The translations under genes were made by a program, and so were the position numbers. Source: an uncultured Gammaproteobacteria bacterium (GTDB lineage Bacteria; Patescibacteriota; Microgenomatia; UBA8517). Taken from it: 64,000 nucleotides of DNA. Where the stretch lies: NCBI GenBank assembly GCA_964583685.1, contig CAZOVJ010000002.1, positions 45,055 to 109,054 of the forward strand, in the 5' to 3' direction. Of this stretch, positions 38,761 through 48,123 are shown one piece after another. Positions within the stretch are counted from its first letter, which is position 1; the number at the start of each line of letters is the position of its first letter. Below the pieces are notes generated by a model that was given only the letters and a program-made list of their open reading frames with translations, was not told the DNA's origin and did not search any database.

Positions 38761-39577
38761 TTTTCCTGGCCACGTTTACACCTGTCACCTTTGCAAACCC
38801 AGCAAACTGGGGAGAGAGGTTTGCCTCTAGAAAATAGTACTTATCATCCTCTGCCTGAATTACGTCTACTCCAACAAAATCAGCTTTTGGTCCCCTAGTG
38901 ATTCTTATAGCGTCTTGTTTTATTTTCTTGGGAAGATCGTTAACAGCTTTGTTGATTTTTACCCAGATTCTTCCTTCATTCTTTAGATAGATGTTCTTGC
39001 CAACGATGCCAAGAATTCTGTGTTTTAAAAGTAGGATCCTGTATTCGTTTTTTGCTTTGTGGTATTTTTGAATGATGTACTTAAGAGGGTCTTTTCCCAC
39101 GAAGAAACTCTCCATTTCTTTAGGCTTGTTAAAAATACGTACTCCCCGACCCCGTGAGCCAATTCTAGGTTTTACTATCACCGGGAACCTCAAGAGTCTG
39201 TTTATGTTTCTAGCCAGGAAAGTTTCAGGAGTTGTAATTCCAAGCTTAATAAAGAGGTCAACCTGAAATAATTTATCTTCGTAGAAAGGAAATTTGGAGT
39301 AGCGCTCTCTATCGAGTAAGACGTTCTCGTAATATTTCTTCAGTATCTTCTTGGTAAAGAAACTATAGTCACTTTTGCTATTGTATGGGTCTCTTAGGAT
39401 TATTTTGTCGTGTCGATTTATAGAAAGTGGATTGAGACTTGAATCGAAGATCTTACCATTTTTATAGACAAGCTCCTCACAAAAGTAGGTTTGGCAAGGT
39501 AATGACATTTTCTCTGCCTCCTTTTCTATTGCTTTTCCTCCTCTGTCAACTTTGGTGGTGAATAATACAAGCTTCAT
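38729..39577 (-). CDS. RimK-like ATP-grasp ligase
   Basis: FPVIVKPRIGSRGRGVRIF; ATP-grasp core. Confidence 0.6.
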   Translation of the reverse strand: MKLVLFTTKVDRGGKAIEKEAEKMSLPCQTYFCEELVYKNGKIFDSSLNPLSINRHDKIILRDPYNSKSDYSFFTKKILKKYYENVLLDRERYSKFPFYEDKLFQVDLFIKLGITTPETFLARNINRLLRFPVIVKPRIGSRGRGVRIFNKPKEMESFFVGKDPLKYIIQKYHKAKNEYRILLLKHRILGIVGKNIYLKNEGRIWVKINKAVNDLPKKIKQDAIRITRGPKADFVGVDVIQAEDDKYYFLEANLSPQFAGFAKVTGVNVARKIISLARSHRP

Positions 39578-39650
39578 GTCGGTCCAATTATATAATTTCT
39601 GCCTATTTAATTCATTGCTAAAGAGAAAAACTTTGCTTACACTTTAGCTA

Positions 39651-40325
39651 GTGGTTTATAGCCTGATTTTTTTCTTACAACTTTTAATTCTTTTCTTGCT
39701 CTCTCGTATTCTCATCCGCGAGCTTTCTGGGCTTTTTTACCGAGTGACTAAAAGTCGCAAGTGGACTGTTTATCTTTTGGCAATAATATTTTTACCGGGA
39801 ACATTCATTCACGAGGTCGCCCATTTTTTGGTGGCCCTGGGCCTCTTGGTTCCGGTAGGGCAAATTGAACTTTTACCAAAGATTGACAAAAATGACCAAG
39901 TCAAACTTGGAAGCCTCTCTGTTGGTAAAACCGACCCAATCAGAAAAACCCTTATCGGTATCGCGCCATTTATCTTGGGAACAACAATAATTCTTACAAG
40001 CCTTTACTGGACGACAACAAATAACCTGACCGAAAACCCCCTGGTCCTAGTTTTGATCGGCTATCTTGTTTTTCAAATCGCAAACACGATGTTTGCCAGT
40101 AAAAAAGATTTAGAAGATGCATGGAAGCTTATTGTTATTTTTATGGCCCTTTACGCAATTTTATATTTCCTGGGCCTTCGCCTCCCATCCATCAACCCAA
40201 ATACACTTTTTTCAAATGAACTCATCGAGCTTGTTAAAAAAGCAAACATATTCTTACTGGTCCCCCTCGCCCTCGATTTTGTCATCATCATTTTTCTCAA
40301 ATCCCTCCAGTACTTAACACTTTGA
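39651..40325 (+). CDS. Polytopic membrane protein with an HEXXH motif (putative membrane metalloprotease-like)
   Basis: HEVAHFLVA sits in a TM context; 5-6 predicted TM helices. Confidence 0.4.
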   Translation: MVYSLIFFLQLLILFLLSRILIRELSGLFYRVTKSRKWTVYLLAIIFLPGTFIHEVAHFLVALGLLVPVGQIELLPKIDKNDQVKLGSLSVGKTDPIRKTLIGIAPFILGTTIILTSLYWTTTNNLTENPLVLVLIGYLVFQIANTMFASKKDLEDAWKLIVIFMALYAILYFLGLRLPSINPNTLFSNELIELVKKANIFLLVPLALDFVIIIFLKSLQYLTL

Positions 40326-40408
40326 AAGAATATCTTCTTTTAAGAAGAACAGGAGGTAAAAGAGCTAATTCTAATAAGAGTATTGTTTTGTTAAAATTAG
40401 ATTTATAT

Positions 40409-40426
40409 CAGTCGCCTGCTCAGCCA
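40409..40426 (+). repeat. Last degenerate copy of the island repeat R-end
   Basis: cagtcgcctgctcagcc. Confidence 0.4.
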
Positions 40427-40466
40427 GTTGGAAATTTTTGGGCAAGGCGATTAAGATTGAAGGGGG

Positions 40467-40733
40467 GTGATGAGGATGGTTTATAACTTGACCTCTGATG
40501 CAGAAAAACAGAATGAAAAAGGGAAAAATTTAGCTCGAGCCAGGCAATCCTTGATTGAAGAGCTTGATGCCATCAATGTTTATGAGGAAAGAATTCAAGC
40601 AAGCAAAGACAAGAACTTGAAAAAAATTCTTTCCCACAACCGCGATGAAGAAAAAGAACATGCTGTTATGCTCATTGAGTATTTAAGAAAAAATGATTTA
40701 ACCTTTAATAAGATGTTTGATGAGCATGACTAA
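40467..40733 (+). CDS. Small ferritin-like superfamily protein (EncFtn/rubrerythrin-like four-helix fragment)
   Basis: EELDAINVYEERIQ...EEKEHAVMLIEYL shows the E-x-x-H/E di-iron style spacing. Confidence 0.4.
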   Translation: MMRMVYNLTSDAEKQNEKGKNLARARQSLIEELDAINVYEERIQASKDKNLKKILSHNRDEEKEHAVMLIEYLRKNDLTFNKMFDEHD

Positions 40734-40853
40734 ATTAAAACACCTCTTAAAAACCTAATGTTTTGTGAGCGGCCGTCCATCCAAAAGTGTAGGTATCATT
40801 CTTGGTTGGAATGAAATGCGAAAGATAAATTTTATGATATCCTTAAAAGTGAA

Positions 40854-41222
40854 ATGAAAATATATATTGCTCACTCAACAAAATTTAACTTCAAAGACGG
40901 GTTATACACGCCGATTAAAAACTCGCGTCTATATCGCGAGCACGAAGTAATGTTACCTCATGACAACCATAGTTTTTTTAACTCAAGAGAATATATCACA
41001 AACTGCGATGTAGTTATTACAGAAGTTTCGTATCCCTCAACGGGCATGGGCATTGAATTAGGATTGGCAAGTTATACCTCAACTCCAATAATCTGTATCT
41101 ACAAAAAGAAAACAAAGCCCTCAAGATCATTAAAAGAAATATCAAAGACATTCATTGAATACCAAGATTCTGACGATTTGATTACTAGACTAGAGGTAGC
41201 CCTAGACAAATTCAATCGCTAA
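40854..41222 (+). CDS. Nucleoside 2-deoxyribosyltransferase-like protein
   Basis: MKIYIAHS...VVITEVSYPSTGMGIELGLA fits the NDT family fold. Confidence 0.55.
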   Translation: MKIYIAHSTKFNFKDGLYTPIKNSRLYREHEVMLPHDNHSFFNSREYITNCDVVITEVSYPSTGMGIELGLASYTSTPIICIYKKKTKPSRSLKEISKTFIEYQDSDDLITRLEVALDKFNR

Positions 41223-41283
41223 AATTTTGACTTTGTTGGTATTAAATGTTTACATTAATAAATCTAAAAAGGAGGTGAGATGA

Positions 41284-41679
41284 ATGAGCATCGTTGACAT
41301 AATTATCAATTCTCTTCAAGAACTAGCGAATCAGTTGGTTACTTTTGTTCCCAAGGTTGTCATTGCCATCTTTATCTGGTTTATTGGTAAATCAATAATT
41401 AAATTACTTATCAGACTGGTCAAGAAAATTGATATCAAAGGAACGGAAATAGACAATAGAATTATTGATTGGCTAGCAAGAATAGTCTTAGTTTTGGGCA
41501 AATTTTTCCTGATTCTTATCATTCTCGACTATTTCGGAGTCGGCAGAACAATAATCAATGCGATTGTCAGTGGTTTGACTTTTGCCGTCGCCATTACCAT
41601 CGGTATTGCATTTGGTTATGCCCTAAAGCCAGAGGCCAGAGATCTTATTGACTTACTGAAAAAACAAATCAGGAAATAA
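41284..41679 (+). CDS. Small membrane protein (3 TM), MscS-N-terminal-like
   Basis: Hydropathy; resembles the 57397-58089 product. Confidence 0.4.
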   Translation: MSIVDIIINSLQELANQLVTFVPKVVIAIFIWFIGKSIIKLLIRLVKKIDIKGTEIDNRIIDWLARIVLVLGKFFLILIILDYFGVGRTIINAIVSGLTFAVAITIGIAFGYALKPEARDLIDLLKKQIRK

Positions 41680-41963
41680 AGACGAACTCTGTTACACTTA
41701 GGCAATGTCAGAAACTGGAGAGAGTAAGCTGAAATTACCCAGGCGCCGGAGAATTGAGCCTGGAGAAGCTGAACAAATTGCTAAGGCGGGCGGGGCAGCC
41801 GCTCAAGAGATAGAGCCAGCCAAACTTCCTGAGGATAAACCAGAAGCGGAAAAAATCTCCAAGAACTAACTCTTAATCTCTAATTTTATCCGCGGAACAG
41901 AGAATCCCAACCTTAGAAGAAATCCAGATACGTCACATACATCTCTCTTTCTCTCAAGCAACA

Positions 41964-42581
41964 GTGGAGGCCGACTTTTTTCTTTCTCAATTAGGGATTG
42001 GCAAAAAAAGATTTTCTAAGCCTTTCTTTGATTCTTTATATAGCAATTGTGTGGTGTTAATAAGAAGTTCTGAGAGATATGAGAACGAAATGGAAGAGTT
42101 AAGGAAATCACTTGGAATAGAAATGAACACCTTATCTGCCAATATGCAGTTGTTTCTTTCTCCAAGTTTGCTTTACGATCCGCCTAGCCCCCTAGAAGAA
42201 GCCGCCAGAAAGCGCGGAGTAACAATAAGGACAAAGGGCCCTCAGGCAATATTATTTCTTCTTGATGGTATTCCTCAAGAGGCTGAGAACAAAGGAAATT
42301 TTACTGCCAATCTTTTATTTATTAACCATCTAACAGGAGCCTTACTTGAGAAAAGATATCCTTTTGAAAAAGGAGAAAGGCCGATTGAATTTCAACAAAT
42401 AGCAAGAGAGGGGCTTGAGATAGTAAAAGATTATTTAAGAAAATTAGAAGCTCATCCTGATCTGGGGAAAGGATTGAATTTGGCACCGCGGATTGCCCGG
42501 ATTGCCTCCCTTGATGAGAATGGTCTTGACCAGGAAGCACAAAAGATAACTTTATGTCAGACTCTGGCCGAAGATGAGTGA
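41964..42581 (+). CDS. Hypothetical protein (205 aa)
   Basis: ORF. Confidence 0.4.
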   Translation: MEADFFLSQLGIGKKRFSKPFFDSLYSNCVVLIRSSERYENEMEELRKSLGIEMNTLSANMQLFLSPSLLYDPPSPLEEAARKRGVTIRTKGPQAILFLLDGIPQEAENKGNFTANLLFINHLTGALLEKRYPFEKGERPIEFQQIAREGLEIVKDYLRKLEAHPDLGKGLNLAPRIARIASLDENGLDQEAQKITLCQTLAEDE

Positions 42582-42614
42582 GCATTTTTTATTTTTTTGT
42601 GCTAGAATCATTAG

Positions 42615-43241
42615 GTGTCGGAAAACACGGAAGAGAAACCAGCTAGAATTATCAGTAAGCGAAAGTTCTTAATCATCCTTGGACTCATCCTTTTACTTGG
42701 AGCTGGAGCCCTTTATTACTTCAGAAGTCTATTTATTGTTGCCTTGATCAATGGCCAACCAATCACCAGGCTGCATTTAATTCAAGAGTTGGAAAAACAA
42801 GGCGGTAAGCAAATCCTTGATGGTATTGTGACCAAAACCCTGGTTTTACAAAAGGCTAAAAAACAAAATATCAGCATCAGCGAGCAGGAAATAAATGGGG
42901 AAATTCAAAAAATAGAAGAAAATCTCAAGGCGCAAAACCAAAAACTTGAGGATATCTTGGCCTATCAGAATACAACTAGGGAAGAGCTTGTCGAGCAGAT
43001 TAGGATGCAGATGATTCTTGAAAAACTAGTGGAAACAAATATTGAGGTAAGCGATGAGGAAGTGGAAGAATATCTGGAAACAAATAAAGATATTTTCCCT
43101 GAAGAGATGGAGCCTGAGGAAATGAAACAAACGGCCAGAGAACAGCTTGGCCAGCAAAAATTAAATCAAGAAATCCAATCTCTCCTAGAATTATTAAGGC
43201 AAGAAGCTCAAATTAATTATTTTGTGGAGTTTAATTTCTGA
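42615..43241 (+). CDS. SurA-N-like periplasmic chaperone domain protein with an N-terminal TM anchor
   Basis: N-terminal TM, then GQPITRLHLIQELE...ILDGIVTKTLVLQKAKKQ, which is SurA/PrsA N-domain-like. Confidence 0.45.
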   Translation: MSENTEEKPARIISKRKFLIILGLILLLGAGALYYFRSLFIVALINGQPITRLHLIQELEKQGGKQILDGIVTKTLVLQKAKKQNISISEQEINGEIQKIEENLKAQNQKLEDILAYQNTTREELVEQIRMQMILEKLVETNIEVSDEEVEEYLETNKDIFPEEMEPEEMKQTAREQLGQQKLNQEIQSLLELLRQEAQINYFVEFNF

Positions 43242-43525
43242 AGCAATAACTTCCAAAAAGAGGCTCTTTTTCTTTTCTTTTCAAATACCAGCCTTGACCA
43301 AACAGAAACAATAACCCACTTCCCTCTCTCATTTTTCCTGGCCACCACCTCAATCTTTTGGTTACCGTAAGTTTTATAATAAACCCAGGCCCCGCGGCTT
43401 TGGGCATATCTTGACTGATCTGGTCGGCGCCAGGTTGCCCAGGCATCACCCTGCTTTATCCCTCGCTCTTTAAGTCTTTGAAGAGCATGGTTTGTCCAGA
43501 TTACACCACCAAAATTTCTATCCAT
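43217..43525 (-). CDS. DUF4258 domain protein
   Basis: HALQRLKERGI motif. Confidence 0.45.
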   Translation of the reverse strand: MDRNFGGVIWTNHALQRLKERGIKQGDAWATWRRPDQSRYAQSRGAWVYYKTYGNQKIEVVARKNERGKWVIVSVWSRLVFEKKRKRASFWKLLLQKLNSTK

Positions 43526-43530
43526 TGCTT

Positions 43531-43851
43531 TTATCTGAGAATGTCGTCAAGAATCTCCGAGGCTAAATCCTCTATTTCTTGCTTGAGCAATTTTTCAATA
43601 TCAGCCTCAATCTTTTCTTTTAAATAATTAAACAAGCCCTCATCATAAGGTGTCTCAATAAATTTTCCCAAAAAATCTTCATGATGTTCACGAGGGAGCT
43701 TAGCCAGTAACCAATCTAAAACCCGTTGATGAATCAACTCATCCACTATCTGCCAAAGTTCTTCTCTCTCTTCCGTTGTTTGAGCAAGACTTTTTATATG
43801 GATCTCAATCCTCTCAAAGCTAATCAGTTTGTCATAAAAAACAAGGCTCAT
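43531..43851 (-). CDS. Hypothetical acidic protein (106 aa)
   Basis: ORF. Confidence 0.35.
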   Translation of the reverse strand: MSLVFYDKLISFERIEIHIKSLAQTTEEREELWQIVDELIHQRVLDWLLAKLPREHHEDFLGKFIETPYDEGLFNYLKEKIEADIEKLLKQEIEDLASEILDDILR

Positions 43852-43853
43852 AT

Positions 43854-44819
43854 CTATATCCTGTCTAAGGCAACTTCCGGTAGACTGATTTTATTATAAT
43901 CCACCGGCCCTAAAGGAACTTTGTTTTCCGGGTCATCAACAAAAAACAAAATCACAGCCCCTTTTTTATAGCGGGATCCTCCCAAATAGTGCATTGTCTC
44001 CGGGCTAGCACCAAAGCTCTTGCCTGTCCAGGCCGCTGGCCCGGCATCAGCAATTGCGGCCACTACAGCATTGCCATTCTTGACATTGACAATCAAAACC
44101 TTCCGATATTTATACCAATCTCGCAAATAAGGTTGCCGCCTATTCCAATCTGGAAGATAGAGTGTCTGAACAACAGCATACCATTTTTCTATTTCTGCCA
44201 ACTCCGGAGTTAACTTGTTTTTAGAAGAAGCAAAGTAACCCCAGGCACCAAGCCCAGGAGCCATCCCTTCCCGTAAAATAACACTTTCGCCGTGTTGTCT
44301 CAAAGAATCACCGGGGTAACGTCTAAGATGTTGTTCAGCACCAACATAGCCATATGTTGTATTTAAATGTTCTCCCTCAAGGGTAGCCTTAGTTTTAATA
44401 CCAATTATTTCCTTAAAGAGTTTTTCAAGATATTTCTCCTCAGTCCGCGTCAGAGGACTTACTCTTTTGGGTAGAATCTTGGGTAAGGCATCAAGTAAAA
44501 GTTTCTGTTGTATTGGTACGGTTATTGCCTGCTGGTTTAATTTCTCGACTATCTTGCTCGGAAGAGAAAGGGCTTTTTTGCCAACTGGAGGCGCTAAAAG
44601 AAGAGCACCACTTAAAGCTCCTGCTCCTAAAAGTCGGGCCGAATGTTCCCTTATTTTATCTATCTCAAAATTTTTGTCTTTTAGAAATTTCTCAAACTGA
44701 GGGTAATTTTTAGAGAACTTAGTCTTTGCCTTCAAATGTCTTAATTTGAGTTTTTGTCTTAACTGTTCAGCAGTTATTTTACTTTTAATTCTTTTTTTTC
44801 TTTGAGCAGGTTTGGTCAT
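43854..44819 (-). CDS. Hypothetical basic N-terminus / membrane-anchored protein with a possible RlpA-like double-psi beta-barrel C-terminal domain
   Basis: NAVVAAIADAGPAAWTGKSFGASPETMHYLG weakly recalls the RlpA/DPBB core. Confidence 0.4.
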   Translation of the reverse strand: MTKPAQRKKRIKSKITAEQLRQKLKLRHLKAKTKFSKNYPQFEKFLKDKNFEIDKIREHSARLLGAGALSGALLLAPPVGKKALSLPSKIVEKLNQQAITVPIQQKLLLDALPKILPKRVSPLTRTEEKYLEKLFKEIIGIKTKATLEGEHLNTTYGYVGAEQHLRRYPGDSLRQHGESVILREGMAPGLGAWGYFASSKNKLTPELAEIEKWYAVVQTLYLPDWNRRQPYLRDWYKYRKVLIVNVKNGNAVVAAIADAGPAAWTGKSFGASPETMHYLGGSRYKKGAVILFFVDDPENKVPLGPVDYNKISLPEVALDRI

Positions 44820-44820
44820 T

Positions 44821-46101
44821 TTATAAAGCTTGTTTAAGTCTCTTCAGGGCTTCTTCTTTGCCGAGAATAACTATTGATTCATTAATCGGCGGGGTAACCT
44901 TTTTCCCGGTAACGGCAATCCGTAGGTCCATAAAGAAACCAGCGGTCTGGAAATGATTATCTTTTATGAGCCGCAAAAGAGATTTGTTTATTGCCTGAAT
45001 ATCCCATGGTTGCACATTTTCTAAAGATAGAATAGCCGTCCTCAAGTGATTTTGATAATTCTTGCCCAAAAGTTTTTTGTCAACTTTAGGCTTGACAAAG
45101 AAAAACCCGGCCAAACTTTCAAACTCAGATAACTTCCTAATTCTATTTTTAATAAGGGGAATTATTTGCTCAATCATTTTCTGAGGATATTTTCTTTTGA
45201 AAAAATTCCAGATTTGATCCGCCAGCTGGCGGATTGAAGTCTTTCTAATGTAAACACCATTCATCCAATCAAGTTTTTCCAAATTAAAAATTGGTCCGGC
45301 TTTGCGTACTCTTTTCAAATTGAAAACCTCAATAAATTCACTGAGGCTGAAAATTTCCTTGTTTTCAGGATGAGACCAACCGAGAAGACATAAAAAATTT
45401 AGCAAAGCCTGGGGGAAATATCCCTGTTCTTGATACCAAGATAGAGCAACTGGGTTTTTTCTTTTGGAGATTTTACTTCTATCCGGATTTCTCAACAAGG
45501 GAAAATGGGCAAATTTCGGCAACTCAAATCCCAAAGCCTGATATAAAACAATCTGTTTTGGCGTATTGGAAATGTGCTCCTCGGCTCTAATCACATGGCT
45601 AATCTTCATCAGGCTGTCGTCAACAACAACAGCAAAGTTATAGGTTGGATATCCATCTGATTTGAGAATGACAAAATCCTGAATCTGTTCTGCTGGAAAT
45701 CTAATCTCGCCCCGGACTAAATCCTGCCAAGCAACAGCCGATTTCCCTTGAAATTTAAATCTTACTGCGCCCTCGTCTTGATAGGCCTTTTTTTCTTTGA
45801 TAAGTTTTTGGATATATTTTTGATAAATTTCAAGCCGTTCAGATTGTCTATAAGGCCCCTCATCCCACTTAATTCCCAACCAGGCAAGCCCCTGGAGAAT
45901 TACTTTTTCTGCCTTAGGCACACCTCTTTTGATATCCGTATCTTCAATACGCAAAATAAAATCTCCCCCATGTTTTTTAGCAAAGGCGTAATTGAAAAGA
46001 GAAGCATAGGCAGTACCAACATGGACAAAGCCTGTTGGCGATGGAGCAATTCTTGTCCTAATTCTTCGGCTGCGATCAAGAGAACCCTTCTTCATCCTCA
46101 T
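44821..46101 (-). CDS. gltX: Glutamyl-tRNA synthetase
   Basis: IRTRIAPSPTGFVHVGTAYASLFNYAFAKKHGGDFILRIEDTD, including the HVGT (HIGH-class) region. Confidence 0.9.
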   Translation of the reverse strand: MRMKKGSLDRSRRIRTRIAPSPTGFVHVGTAYASLFNYAFAKKHGGDFILRIEDTDIKRGVPKAEKVILQGLAWLGIKWDEGPYRQSERLEIYQKYIQKLIKEKKAYQDEGAVRFKFQGKSAVAWQDLVRGEIRFPAEQIQDFVILKSDGYPTYNFAVVVDDSLMKISHVIRAEEHISNTPKQIVLYQALGFELPKFAHFPLLRNPDRSKISKRKNPVALSWYQEQGYFPQALLNFLCLLGWSHPENKEIFSLSEFIEVFNLKRVRKAGPIFNLEKLDWMNGVYIRKTSIRQLADQIWNFFKRKYPQKMIEQIIPLIKNRIRKLSEFESLAGFFFVKPKVDKKLLGKNYQNHLRTAILSLENVQPWDIQAINKSLLRLIKDNHFQTAGFFMDLRIAVTGKKVTPPINESIVILGKEEALKRLKQAL

Positions 46102-46165
46102 TGAATTCTATCATCCTTTAGCCTTATACTCAAAAGGCAGGGCACAGTCCTGCCTTATACATAAA

Positions 46166-47212
46166 ATGGCCAATTTAACTCGGGTAGCAACGACCACCAG
46201 AAAAATAATTCGTTATTCTATTTACGCCGTTATCTTCTTAATCGTCTTGAGAATGCTCTGGGGCATCGGAAAAAATATTTATAGAACCCTCTTTCCAGCA
46301 CCACCTCCTCCACCAACAGTTGCTTTTGACAAGTTACCCAAACTTCCCTTTCCCGAAAAAAAGAATTTACCCAAACTTGAGTATAAAGTTGAGACCCCAG
46401 AAGGAGAGCTTCCTGTTCTTCCCTCCCAAATAATTGTTTACTTTATGCCCAAACTCTCGGTTCATTTACTTTCTCTGGATATCGCCCGTGAGAAAGCAGT
46501 CAAACTCGGTTTCTCTCCAGAAAGTCAAGAAATCTCAGCCACCGTTTATCGGTTTTTCCACAGCAAAACTTCGGCCATTCTTGAAATGAACATTGTCAGT
46601 GGCATTTTTTCAATAAGCTATAATCTGCCAACTGATTTCGCTCTCTCGCAGGGGCAGCCCCCATCTCCGGAAATTGCTGCCTCGCGAGTAAGATCTTTTC
46701 TTTCTTCAGCCAATCTCTTACCAGAAGACTTAACTGGCATAACTACTCACCAGTTCTTAAAAGTAGAAAGTCAAAACCTAGTTGACGCTATTTCTCTGTC
46801 TGAAGCAGACCTAATCAAAATTAATCTCTTTAGAAAATCTTATAATCAACTCCCCAGCTTAACGCCTAAGCCTAATGAGGCAAATATCTGGTTTATCGCC
46901 AGTGGTGTCAGGCAAAGAGAAAAACAGATAATCGCTGCTCAATTCCATTATTTCCCGGTTGATGAAAGTCAATCGGCAACATATCCGATTAAAACCAGCC
47001 AAGAAGCCCTGGATAAATTAGTTGCCGACAAAGGTTATATTGCCAATTTGGGCTTAAACGAGGATGGAAAAATTACAATACGTAAAATCTATCTCGCTTA
47101 TTATGATTCTGGAGTCCGGACAGAGTTTTACCAGCCGATAATTGTCTTTGAAGGAGACCATGGCTTTACCGCCTATGTTCCAGCCGTCACGGATGATTAT
47201 TATGGAGAATAA
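46166..47212 (+). CDS. Hypothetical membrane-anchored protein (Pro-rich linker)
   Basis: ORF with N-terminal TM and a PPPPPT segment. Confidence 0.45.
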   Translation: MANLTRVATTTRKIIRYSIYAVIFLIVLRMLWGIGKNIYRTLFPAPPPPPTVAFDKLPKLPFPEKKNLPKLEYKVETPEGELPVLPSQIIVYFMPKLSVHLLSLDIAREKAVKLGFSPESQEISATVYRFFHSKTSAILEMNIVSGIFSISYNLPTDFALSQGQPPSPEIAASRVRSFLSSANLLPEDLTGITTHQFLKVESQNLVDAISLSEADLIKINLFRKSYNQLPSLTPKPNEANIWFIASGVRQREKQIIAAQFHYFPVDESQSATYPIKTSQEALDKLVADKGYIANLGLNEDGKITIRKIYLAYYDSGVRTEFYQPIIVFEGDHGFTAYVPAVTDDYYGE

Positions 47213-48102
47213 AATTCTATTTCCTGCCATTGATAGTTGTCAAAAATCCATTCAATAAGTTCTTTTGTTTCGCCAAATCTATCTTGACTACCAAGAAGAG
47301 CAATCAAAATCTTTCTATTATCACGCTCAATGTAGGTAATTAAATTTTCTCGAGCACTTTCTGTCCAGCCGGTCTTAACTCCCAAAACTCCCTCAACACT
47401 CCTTAATAACTCATTAATATTGGATAAATGGTGAACAATTTTACCTCCAGAACTTTTAACCAGCCTCTCTTTTGTGGCCACAATTTTGGCAAAAATTGGG
47501 TCCTGCATGGCGACAGTAGCCAAGCGTAACATGTCTCTGGCGGTTGAAACATGGCCTTCACTTCCCAGTCCTGTCGGGTCCGTAAAATGGGTATCATTAA
47601 GTTTGATCTGTTTTGCCTTGAGATTCATCTCGGCAATAAAATTATCCCTTCCTCCCTGATAATTTTGGGCTAAAACCTCAGCCGCATCATTGGCAGAAAA
47701 AATCAAAAGCCCGTATAAAAGATTTTCAACTGAGATTTTCTCTCCAGATACAAGGTACATTTTTTGGCCTTTAACCTTGATTCTCTTTACTTCTAAAATT
47801 TGCTCGGGAGAATAAAAATCCATGGCTACCAAGGCGGTGGCAATTTTGGTAGTTGAGGCTGGAAAAAAAGGTGAATCTGCGTTCTTTTCATAAAGAAAGA
47901 CTCCAGAGTCCAAATCAACGGCTATCACTCCTTGCCCAGAAAAAAGAGGAAAGGTGGTATCTTTGGAAAGCATTGGCAGTGGAGCCAAGGATTCTTGAAC
48001 AATCGGTTTTTTCTCTTCCGGGAGAGTATTTTCCTTTGAAAGTGCCAGACTGCAACTGCTAATAAACACAAAGGAAAGAAGAGAAAGATAAAGTAACTTC
48101 AT
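47200..48102 (-). CDS. D-alanyl-D-alanine carboxypeptidase (S11, PBP5-like)
   Basis: SxxK motif ASTTK; signal peptide. Confidence 0.8.
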   Translation of the reverse strand: MKLLYLSLLSFVFISSCSLALSKENTLPEEKKPIVQESLAPLPMLSKDTTFPLFSGQGVIAVDLDSGVFLYEKNADSPFFPASTTKIATALVAMDFYSPEQILEVKRIKVKGQKMYLVSGEKISVENLLYGLLIFSANDAAEVLAQNYQGGRDNFIAEMNLKAKQIKLNDTHFTDPTGLGSEGHVSTARDMLRLATVAMQDPIFAKIVATKERLVKSSGGKIVHHLSNINELLRSVEGVLGVKTGWTESARENLITYIERDNRKILIALLGSQDRFGETKELIEWIFDNYQWQEIEFYSP

Positions 48103-48123
48103 AGATAATTCAAAATTAAAAAT

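Noticed and set aside
7513-40426. Canonical class-1-type integron with attC sites and an intI gene
   Set aside because: No tyrosine recombinase or intI is in the window. The repeats lack GTTRRRY / RYYYAAC core sites and have no obvious R/L inverted-repeat symmetry. For that reason they are reported only as a non-canonical cassette-array candidate.
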